DNA from: a virus
Lineage: Duplodnaviria > Caudoviricetes
Strand: one strand, 5' to 3'
DNA: 64,000 nucleotides
Virus record (IMG/VR): IMGVR_UViG_3300049629_001293
Span: 34,465-98,464 of that record
Part shown: positions 27,531-35,744 of the stretch, one piece after another
How positions within the stretch are numbered: the first letter of the stretch is position 1
How the letters are laid out: every line of letters starts with the position of its first letter
Made by a program: the position numbers and the translations under genes
Notes under the pieces: generated by a model
The model's input: the letters and a program-made list of their open reading frames with translations, nothing else
What the model was told of the DNA's origin: nothing
Database searches by the model: none

Positions 27531-29168
27531 TCAAGAACTCGGTTTTTTTCCAAATCGGTAAGTTTTTTGTAGTTCATCTAGTACCTGTTCATATACTTCT
27601 TTTATTATTTTAGCAGAACCTTTTTGATTATTGGCTAATTTTTCTGCTGCTTGATTCAAAAGTGTCGAAACTTTTCCTGTTAGCATTTTTTCTTGATCAA
27701 ATGCCCCTAGTGCTTTTTCTGCAATATCAGCAATTTCACTTGACTCCTCTACGTTGATTTTATTTCCTGCTTTGGCTAAATCTGAGGCAGCTTTTGACTT
27801 CCCAACAGTTGAGAATAAACGCTTTTCCCTTTGCAACTGTCTTTTTATAGCAGATTGAATCTGGGCTTTTTCAATAGCCAAAGAGCGAGATTCAGGGGAA
27901 AATCCCAACAAATCAAATAAGCCACCCTGAGATTCGGTTATTGTTGGGGCATTTGTTACCATATCGGACAATTCCTCTATAGTGTCATTAGTGATCTTTT
28001 TACCTTTTTTCTCTTCTTTCTCCACTAACTCTAGTAAGTCTTGTTGTTGGCGGTGATCTTTTATTTTAGAACCAATTACAACAGCCCTTTGTTCGGGGAT
28101 TTGACCCTGTACCACTCTATTAAATAGAGAGTCACTTAGACTAGCTAAAGCCAGCCCGTCCTCAGCTATTTTCTCCCTCATGGGTACGCCTTTTTTCTCT
28201 AGGTCTTGTTTTGTTAAACCAGAATCTCTAAAGAATTTAGCTGCATCCTGAGCATTGCCTCGACCTTCTGCGATATTTGTTAATGCACCAATAGCACGGG
28301 CTTCTTCTGGAGATTTAGCATCAATTAATTTTACGGTGACGGATTCAGCATTTAGTTTTTTAGCTAATGCAAGTCGGTTGTGACCGTTCACGACATAAAC
28401 ACCGCCATCTTTGGGATCTTGCCAAACTTGAAGGATGCCACCCAGGTTAGAATCCCACGTTTTAACTCCCGACAAACTCCCGACTTCTCCCGACTTGGTT
28501 TGCTCTCCAATGATCTTGTATTGAAATCTTTTAGGGTCAACCTGGATTTTACTGGGGTCGGCTTCTGCTATTCCTGAAGACAAGACTTGATCCGCCCCCA
28601 ACCGAGAAGCAGCATCATCCCACTTTCCTGCTGGTTTCGGTGTCAGCTTGTTATTCTCCTGCCTCTTAGCCGGATCATCCTGAGCCTCCTTAAACCCTCC
28701 CGCCATAGCTTTAACTTTGTCCAGCTTTTCCTGGGAAGGTTTATCAGGGGGGTCTGACTTGCAGTTCTTATTTAAGCTAATACAAGCCTTCCCGCAGTTA
28801 TAGGAAGTATTGCCACACTTAGGTTTTTCCTTCCTAACGGTCTTAGCTACATCGAATCGGTAGCAATACCCCTTTGAGTAGTCTTCCCACGCCACGGGGT
28901 CAACGTCGAGGCTGTCGGTTCGTTTCCAGGTAAACGGTTTGAAGGCAATGGAATCCCCAATCTCAAACTCAAAAACACGGGATCTAATGGCGTCCTTAAA
29001 CCGTCCTTTGATGATGTTTTTGTTGCCTACTTCAAAATCCAGAACGATAACCGGAGAGTTGTAGGCAAATGGCATCGACAAGACTTGAGAAATACCAAGT
29101 TTCATCTGCACTTCTGTTGGGGCAGCATCAAAGCTAGGGGGATTTTGACGGTTTAAGGTAGTGACCAT
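27531..29168 (-). CDS. Paralogous effector G: N module + Cys4 + ParB-like domain
   Basis: PTEVQMKLGISQVLSMPFAYNSPV module, CGNTSYNCGKACISLNKNC, VDPKRFQYK...YVVNGHNRLALAK. Confidence 0.7.
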   Translation of the reverse strand: MVTTLNRQNPPSFDAAPTEVQMKLGISQVLSMPFAYNSPVIVLDFEVGNKNIIKGRFKDAIRSRVFEFEIGDSIAFKPFTWKRTDSLDVDPVAWEDYSKGYCYRFDVAKTVRKEKPKCGNTSYNCGKACISLNKNCKSDPPDKPSQEKLDKVKAMAGGFKEAQDDPAKRQENNKLTPKPAGKWDDAASRLGADQVLSSGIAEADPSKIQVDPKRFQYKIIGEQTKSGEVGSLSGVKTWDSNLGGILQVWQDPKDGGVYVVNGHNRLALAKKLNAESVTVKLIDAKSPEEARAIGALTNIAEGRGNAQDAAKFFRDSGLTKQDLEKKGVPMREKIAEDGLALASLSDSLFNRVVQGQIPEQRAVVIGSKIKDHRQQQDLLELVEKEEKKGKKITNDTIEELSDMVTNAPTITESQGGLFDLLGFSPESRSLAIEKAQIQSAIKRQLQREKRLFSTVGKSKAASDLAKAGNKINVEESSEIADIAEKALGAFDQEKMLTGKVSTLLNQAAEKLANNQKGSAKIIKEVYEQVLDELQKTYRFGKKPSS

Positions 29169-29220
29169 TGTTTTTGAGAATAGATTTACCGAGTCTTTCT
29201 GTACGGGTGCAGGTCGGGGT

Positions 29221-29445
29221 TTACCAGTCTTCCGGCCCTTGAGCTACAAAACGTTTGGCACGTTCGCGTTTTTCATCTTCTGTCAAATCGTCATAGCTTT
29301 TTTTTGGATATTTCTTAGCCATTCTTTTATCAAATTCCTGCAATGTCTCCCCTTCCCCTAAAGCATCCTCATCTTCGGATACAACAGCAGGAGGAACGGT
29401 TTTAATTTTCTTTTGTCCTTCAACAGCAGTTTTTTTGGCTTTCAT
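29221..29445 (-). CDS. Small charged hypothetical protein
   Basis: 74 aa ORF upstream of effector G. Confidence 0.45.
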   Translation of the reverse strand: MKAKKTAVEGQKKIKTVPPAVVSEDEDALGEGETLQEFDKRMAKKYPKKSYDDLTEDEKRERAKRFVAQGPEDW

Positions 29446-29495
29446 AATTGATTTTCGTTTTTAATGCTAATAGGTCTATTATACTTTGTTTTTGC

Positions 29496-29590
29496 TTAAT
29501 TAAGTTTACTTCTACCAATATCAAAATGTGCTTGGGCGATCGCTAACTTCACCCGGATTTCTGTTGGCGGAGCATCGAATCTTAATTTTG
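29496..29590 (-). pseudogene. Relic of the effector N module
   Basis: Manual translation ...KLRFDAPPTEIRVKLAIAQAHFDIGRSKLN*, no in-frame ATG; matches SFDAAPTEVQMKLGISQ. Confidence 0.6.
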
Positions 29591-29672
29591 TCCATAAAGT
29601 ACAGATGTCATCTTTTATACATAAATCTTAGGGGTTACTACCTAAGCCTTGATTGACTTAGATAGTATAAAA

Positions 29673-30065
29673 TTAAATGTAAACACGGGAAGCAAACTCT
29701 AGCTCAATCGTGTCAAACAAGGTTTTCCCTGACACGGTAATTGGGGCAGTGGGTGTCACTTTTCGCAAGTAAGCACTATAAATAATATAGTTTGCAAAAG
29801 CCATGTTCGCACCGACTGGCTGATTGTCGATTAATTTTTGGACGTTTTGGGTTCTTTCGGATTCAAACGTATCAAGATCATCGTCAACAGCACCCTGAAT
29901 TGTTAGCGTCACGGATTTCTTTACAAGAGGGATAACCGCTATATCTCCCCCTTGATTTAATTTAACCTCAAGAGTTTCGTCGTCCCCGAACGAGATGTCT
30001 TCAGGCTTGAAGGCGTAATCCTTCCCGGCTCTTGTAATCTTGAAAAAACTAACAGGAATTGGCAT
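29673..30065 (-). CDS. Putative tail structural protein (tube/distal-tail-like)
   Basis: Beta-rich ~130 aa protein starting MPIPV; preceded by the shared 24-bp element. Confidence 0.35.
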   Translation of the reverse strand: MPIPVSFFKITRAGKDYAFKPEDISFGDDETLEVKLNQGGDIAVIPLVKKSVTLTIQGAVDDDLDTFESERTQNVQKLIDNQPVGANMAFANYIIYSAYLRKVTPTAPITVSGKTLFDTIELEFASRVYI

Positions 30066-30138
30066 GATAAAACCCTTCTGATCAGAAGTTATCACTATAA
30101 TTTTAAGGTTGGATTCTTATAGATCAACGGGACTTTGT

Positions 30139-30162
30139 AAAATAATTTCTATACAAGAAAAT
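30139..30162 (-). promoter_or_regulatory. 24-bp element, copy 2
   Basis: Identical to 26506-26529, with the same 74-bp offset from the downstream ATG. Confidence 0.55.
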
Positions 30163-30750
30163 CACACCTTTTTTATTTCATTGATTTCTTAGTGAATAGA
30201 AGGGAGGCAGCCCGTTTCAGTGGGCCTGGGTATCCTTATGCCAAATCCTTACACATCAAGCCATTGTGAGGCTATTGTATCGTTCTACATTGGATACTGA
30301 GTCATCCATATAAAAGGACGGGGTTTTAAAGAAATATTCCAGGGATTCTCAAAAAGGGAGATGCAAATAGTCTGGTTTTACCATTCCCGACTACCTGATC
30401 TTTATTCAAAATCTGTCCAAATTTACCCTGAGCTACCTTCGCCCGATCTCACTTCTCCCTCAAGGTTGACTCCATTTTTTTTGGTGTGACAGGTCATATC
30501 AAAATAAATTGTTTGGTGAGGTGAGATTTTTTTGCCCTTAAAAATTCAGTGTGATCGGACACAACAGTTGCTATATACCCATACCCCAATACAACTCAGT
30601 AACTACATAGCGTTATAACCATATAGCTACTTGGTTATTTAGTAAAACATTCAAAAAATTGCTGTAATCTTTATGGGGGGCTTTATCTAGCCATTATAAA
30701 GGAATTCTTAAAATGGTATCAGGTTATGATACAAACAACGAGATAATGGC

Positions 30751-30825
30751 TGTCACACCAAAACATAATAGAAGATTAATACAAAACACTGTGATAAAAA
30801 TTCAGTGTGATCAAATTCAGTGTGA
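30751..30825 (+). repeat. 75-bp inverted repeat, left copy (contains TTCAGTGTGA sub-repeats)
   Basis: 70/75 identical by manual alignment to the reverse complement of 55437-55511. Confidence 0.85.
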
Positions 30826-30967
30826 TCACAGGTTAAGGTTATATTTTGGAAAGACAAATATACAGGGTCACTAAAATGAGTGTGTAGCCTTTAAAGAAGA
30901 ACACTCTCCTCCAGTAGATATAATGGCGGATTTTTTTTGAGGGAGGGAGGGGCCGGATTTTGCTATA

Positions 30968-31378
30968 ATGAAAACCCAGAGAGAAAGAATCTTTCAGGGG
31001 TGTCCCACAATCAAAAATAAAATCATGCCCCCGTCTCTAATCTCATCAAATCCACCGTGTCCGCATTGTGGATCTCTAAACCTGGAAGAGCAGAAAACCA
31101 AACCCCCTTACTACAAGAAACTGGTCTGCTTGGATTGTGACCAATTTGTGCGGTGGATACCTCGTCCACAGGGAGTTGAGAAAACCCAGGAGGTACTCAA
31201 CCAACTAGAATCAATTGAGAGGGCAAAACTAAGCCCGTGGCAGCGTGAGTTTGTAGAGAAGATGATAGAAGTATGCAACGAAGCATTAGAGGCGGAGAAA
31301 GCCGTAAAATTGACCCCTCGACAAATTGATCAAATTGCCGAGTTATCCTTCCGAGTGGATTCTATGTTGAGAAGATAG
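30968..31378 (+). CDS. Zn-ribbon protein
   Basis: CPHC...CLDC motif. Confidence 0.6.
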   Translation: MKTQRERIFQGCPTIKNKIMPPSLISSNPPCPHCGSLNLEEQKTKPPYYKKLVCLDCDQFVRWIPRPQGVEKTQEVLNQLESIERAKLSPWQREFVEKMIEVCNEALEAEKAVKLTPRQIDQIAELSFRVDSMLRR

Positions 31379-31626
31379 CTACTAAGTCGCAAATCTTGAT
31401 AAGCGGCGATCGCTAAATCTATCTAAAAACACGGGACAACGATTAGTTTTGGTAGTGTCATCCAAGTGCCAATTGTTACCGAGTTACCTTGACCCATACA
31501 TAGATTTACGTAGCCCGTAAATCTGGAACTGACAAAGATTTCTTGTGACGGTTTAGACAACTTAGTCAACCCTAGTAAAATAAAATAGGTTGGCTAATTT
31601 GTATTCAGAAACTAATTAATTTTAAA

Positions 31627-33621
31627 CTAATCTAATTGAGCTTGGACATTGATTCTATTTGCCAGATCTGTTAATATCTTTCCTTGATAAACTTCGTCAA
31701 CTTCCTCTGAGTCTTCTATATCTTGGCGATATTGGTTTAACTCCGTAGGATCGCACTTCTCTACTCCCCCAAAACGATCTAATCCGGCATGGTAGTAATA
31801 GCAATCGCGTACTTCTTTTGGGGAATCAAAACCCAAAAAATACTTTGTTTCGTCAATCTCCCCTGTTGCTGTGTTAAGTTGCCGAACCTTCCAGAGACTT
31901 GGTGAGTTCGGGTTTTTGATGTAAACGTCGATTGCTTTCGCGTCCTCCGCGTGTCCGTAGCTGCGTCTAATATGCCCATACCCTGCCTTCATTGTTTTGT
32001 TATAGCGAAGATCCCCTTTGTCGTGAGTGACCCCAATAGATAGCCCGTGCCAATTAAGAACCCGTTTTATTGGGGTGTAAGCAGCACTGTCCATTTGAGT
32101 TATAGGTTCTTCTTCAACAGGAGCAGGTTCTTCGGTGGGTGGGGCAGCTTCCTCTCCTCCTAACGCCCCCAGATCAAAACCACCGAGGGAGTTTGCTTGT
32201 TCTTCTGCTTTCTTCTTGGCTTCTTCCCATGCTTTTTGATCAATGTTAAATTCTGGCCACCAATCGGAGTTAGAAGGTACTGTCCGAGCTTCGTTGGGCG
32301 TAATAAATCCGGCTTGAATCCCTGAAGCTAAGGCTTGAATATCAGATAAGCGTCCAGAGCGAAGATCCTCAATGGTCATTCTCAAAATTGAGGGATACTG
32401 CCTTTGATAGTCGTCGGGGATTTTGCCTTTTGTGGGGCCGTCTTTGGCTAAGAAGATATAGCGATCAAGAATAGCCGCACTAGGATCTAAATTCTCTCCC
32501 TGGTACTCTGCTACCGAGTTAGCGTAGTTTATTTGGGTTTCCTTGCCATCACGCCCCAACCCACCAGGGCTTTCCCCCCAAACTATCGTGTGAGGCATTC
32601 CAGAGGCCCCCGTGACCCCATCCTTTTGTACTTGCACAAGTGAATCCATCCCTGCGAGGGGACGGGCGTTCCAGTTGAATTGTTCACGGGAGTCATGGAG
32701 AACCATGCCATATAAATCAAACATTAATCGAATTGATTTCATGGTTTGCTTAATAGCTGCAATACTTTCTTCATCAGATGCCATCATCAGTTCCCGTAGT
32801 CCTTCAAAAGAATGCTGTAAAACCGATTGGGTTTTAATCAATTCGCCTACTGCATTGAGTCCATTTGTATAGTTTTTGTAATACTTCCAAACCTCGTCAA
32901 AGACACTCAACCCCCATCCATTATTGTAAGAAATCATCCAATCATCAGGCATTAATGCCCCATTAAACCGAAGGATTCGAGACCGATGAATAAGGCGATC
33001 ATCCTGCTTAGAGTTTGTTTCGTTAAACAGTAATTTTTGTTTTATTTGTTGGTCAATTGTTAGGATTTCATAATGTTCAATATCATCAAGGTCAAATATA
33101 CTCGCAGCCGTTCTCATCGAAGGAGCAACTTGCCATCGGTGACGAACAATTAACCCAGAAATTGATTTAATCTTGCCTTCGTTAACAGGTTCGGAATAAT
33201 GTCTCCCGTCATTAATCTTGAGAATAATAACTGTCCCGCCGTGAGAACGAGAGAACTGTAAGGCTTTTCTAAATTGTGATCTAGTTTTTAGTTTTTCGTG
33301 ATAAGCATAGTAATCGCGGACTAATTTAGAACCCACCTTACTAGAGAAATCATCCCCCAAGGATAACTGCCACATCTTTTGGGTTGACGAAGATGGAAGG
33401 CTCCACGCTATCCGCTTTAAGATCGCGTCCGCCAAGCAATTCTCGACCTGTTGTTGGGAGAAAGGTTGGATTCTTCCCGTTACAGGGAGAGGATTTCGCA
33501 TCGAATTTGCGTCGGCACTCTCCGCCAACGCTTGCATCATGACGCGAGAGTCTTCCCGATAACGGTTCGCAATCTCTGTGGTGGTTTCTTTTTTTGTTGT
33601 CTCGGATGATTGGGCAGTCAT
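31627..33621 (-). CDS. Portal protein (DUF1073 family) with a C-terminal inorganic-pyrophosphatase-like domain
   Basis: SR.HGG, IHRSRILRFNG, GWGLSV, GASGMP.T..WGESPGGL, G.ITPNEAR; C-terminal YGHI...DVYI...VRQ...GEIDETK..LGFDS. Confidence 0.85.
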   Translation of the reverse strand: MTAQSSETTKKETTTEIANRYREDSRVMMQALAESADANSMRNPLPVTGRIQPFSQQQVENCLADAILKRIAWSLPSSSTQKMWQLSLGDDFSSKVGSKLVRDYYAYHEKLKTRSQFRKALQFSRSHGGTVIILKINDGRHYSEPVNEGKIKSISGLIVRHRWQVAPSMRTAASIFDLDDIEHYEILTIDQQIKQKLLFNETNSKQDDRLIHRSRILRFNGALMPDDWMISYNNGWGLSVFDEVWKYYKNYTNGLNAVGELIKTQSVLQHSFEGLRELMMASDEESIAAIKQTMKSIRLMFDLYGMVLHDSREQFNWNARPLAGMDSLVQVQKDGVTGASGMPHTIVWGESPGGLGRDGKETQINYANSVAEYQGENLDPSAAILDRYIFLAKDGPTKGKIPDDYQRQYPSILRMTIEDLRSGRLSDIQALASGIQAGFITPNEARTVPSNSDWWPEFNIDQKAWEEAKKKAEEQANSLGGFDLGALGGEEAAPPTEEPAPVEEEPITQMDSAAYTPIKRVLNWHGLSIGVTHDKGDLRYNKTMKAGYGHIRRSYGHAEDAKAIDVYIKNPNSPSLWKVRQLNTATGEIDETKYFLGFDSPKEVRDCYYYHAGLDRFGGVEKCDPTELNQYRQDIEDSEEVDEVYQGKILTDLANRINVQAQLD

Positions 33622-33715
33622 TTTATATTAAAGTTATTGGTATTTTTTCTTGCAGAATTATCTTCAATTTTAAGGCATAATTATAATATTGTTAATTTAT
33701 ATTTAATCTCAAAAC

Positions 33716-34372
33716 ATGACTTCTTCAATTGGCTCAATCAGCTATCCCGCTTCCCAACCCGACCTGACAGTGACAATCCCCTTCAAAAAGGTGCGGAAAC
33801 AAATTACCGAAGGGGGAGTAGTAAAAGATGTGTTAGAAGCCTGGGCAGATTTTGGTGGTGCGGTATCTCAAGTAAATACCATCACCATCACAGCAGGGAG
33901 TACGGGAAATGACTACTTGATAGGCATCAGTGATGGGACAAACGACGCTATTGTCTCCTATGTTCAACAATCGGGAGATACTGCCACCGTAATTGCAGCA
34001 AGACTTTTAGAGGAGATTAATGGGGTTCCTTCCGCATCTGCTTTGGTTTCGGGAACGGCATCGGCCAACGTTTTAACCCTTACCTCTGACTTACCTGGGG
34101 TAACAATTACTTACGATGTAAGTGGGTCTACCACACCCGGAAATATTGTTGTGGCTCAAACTACAGCAGCTTCGGGAACCGCAAAAATGCGAAAAATAGG
34201 AGAGATAAAAACGTACTTTATTCTCCCTGTTGGTGGGCGGAATATTGCCGTGGTTTCACAAGTCGTTTTTTATGATGGTGCGAATCCTCCTGTTATTGTA
34301 CGGACAGGCGCCGAATCTAGCGCAAATCACCCCACAAGTATGGAGGCGATCTCCGCTTCTGTTAATGGGTAA
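33716..34372 (+). CDS. Virion structural protein (Ig-like / sheath-insertion-like domain)
   Basis: Thr/Ala/Ser/Gly-rich; GDTATVIAARL...IN motif, similar to the insertion in the decoration protein. Confidence 0.5.
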   Translation: MTSSIGSISYPASQPDLTVTIPFKKVRKQITEGGVVKDVLEAWADFGGAVSQVNTITITAGSTGNDYLIGISDGTNDAIVSYVQQSGDTATVIAARLLEEINGVPSASALVSGTASANVLTLTSDLPGVTITYDVSGSTTPGNIVVAQTTAASGTAKMRKIGEIKTYFILPVGGRNIAVVSQVVFYDGANPPVIVRTGAESSANHPTSMEAISASVNG

Positions 34373-35006
34373 AGTTTGCCGAGCTTGGGTAAAAGAATCA
34401 GGAGGCGAGTTGTACACCCCTCCTGATTTGGTGCTACCTTCTTCCATCAAGGTTGACGAAGAAAAAATCGAATTAAAATTAGCTGGTCATCCATTAGTTG
34501 CGGCATTGTGCAGAAAAAAACGATGGGCAATTACTCCCGAATTTCCAGACTTTACGCTCTTAGAGGCGAGGCTATCGGGGAATAGTGGGCAATTATCCCT
34601 CTCTGGTAATGCTTCAAAATACGATATTAAAATCCCTAAGCCAGATAGCGAGGCGATCGCTTATTACTTCCCAAACGCCGATAATAAATCGCCTCTAACA
34701 GTAGAATTAGTGGACAGGATTACGGGTCAATCTCAAATCGTGGTTGAAGAAGGTGGGAAAATCTATGCTTCTCCTAATCTTTCTGGGCAAACTGTAAAAA
34801 TTAGAACGCAGGTGATTTACCATGAAGCGACACAAGAGCTACAGGAACCCATAGAAAAGTTAGATGCTCATCTTGTCTTCAAAGAAGGGGAATCCTTAGA
34901 TCGAAGATGGCGATATTTGGAGTTAAAACAATGTGAATTCGAGCCATTGTTTGGCAATAGAATCAAGTTAGTTAATTGGCAAGGTAGTCGGGAGGAGTGG
35001 CTTTAA
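34230..35006 (+). CDS. Hypothetical protein (true start probably the Met near 34365)
   Basis: ORF within the tail gene cluster. Confidence 0.5.
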   Translation: MVGGILPWFHKSFFMMVRILLLLYGQAPNLAQITPQVWRRSPLLLMGKVCRAWVKESGGELYTPPDLVLPSSIKVDEEKIELKLAGHPLVAALCRKKRWAITPEFPDFTLLEARLSGNSGQLSLSGNASKYDIKIPKPDSEAIAYYFPNADNKSPLTVELVDRITGQSQIVVEEGGKIYASPNLSGQTVKIRTQVIYHEATQELQEPIEKLDAHLVFKEGESLDRRWRYLELKQCEFEPLFGNRIKLVNWQGSREEWL

Positions 35007-35656
35007 TGTTACACTTCCGATTAAATTATCAGACTGGGGATTTCGTCTTGGTTTTCCCTGTGCCTATTAGAGAGTCTAGGAAACTATCTGCATATCTTTT
35101 AGACTTACGAAAGTCCATTGCAGGGCTTCACATTTACCCAGAGGAAATGGATGATTACCTTTTCCCTCGGTTTCGTTATCATTATTTAAAAATAGCCCAT
35201 TTTTTTGAATTTGATCCTGACCAATTAACTCAAGAATCACGCCATCATTTTTTTATAGCAACGGAGCCAATCACCTATCGTGGGCAGCTAATCCCAGGTT
35301 TAAGTTTACTAGAACAATTATTAGGTTATAAATATCCCGAAGAGGGAACAGACCCCAAGGTACTTCCCCAGGAACCTATTACAACGGGAGATTTAGCACT
35401 TGATATTATCGCGGATGCTATCTTAATATTTAAAGTGGGAGGACTTGAGAATCATTACTCTTTAGACGATCTGGCAAAGCTGTGTAAACAAGCAAATGAT
35501 AGACTAAAACAGGCGGAGGAGTTAGCAAAAGGGGAAACAACGGGTGGGGATGAAAACTTGGAAAACGAACCACTGGAGGATGATTTTGTTAAGGATAGGT
35601 CTAGGTTGTATAACTGGTTAATTAATTTAGGGGTAACTGTTCCTATGGAGTTTTAG
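34997..35656 (+). CDS. Hypothetical protein
   Basis: 219 aa, overlaps the previous gene. Confidence 0.55.
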   Translation: MALMLHFRLNYQTGDFVLVFPVPIRESRKLSAYLLDLRKSIAGLHIYPEEMDDYLFPRFRYHYLKIAHFFEFDPDQLTQESRHHFFIATEPITYRGQLIPGLSLLEQLLGYKYPEEGTDPKVLPQEPITTGDLALDIIADAILIFKVGGLENHYSLDDLAKLCKQANDRLKQAEELAKGETTGGDENLENEPLEDDFVKDRSRLYNWLINLGVTVPMEF

Positions 35657-35744
35657 GTACGGAGTTTTAAAATGGAAAGAATTGTTATATATCGTGAAAC
35701 CAGACCATCTCCAAAAAAGGGACGTATAAAAATTAAAATCACAA

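Noticed and set aside
30166-30750. Protein-coding gene in the long gap
   Set aside because: No ORF of 60 aa or more and no recognisable pseudogene motif on manual reading.
31627-33621. Calling the portal an Acb1 anti-CBASS nuclease
   Set aside because: No paired HxT/S 2H-phosphodiesterase motifs were recognised in the extra domain, which looks pyrophosphatase-like.
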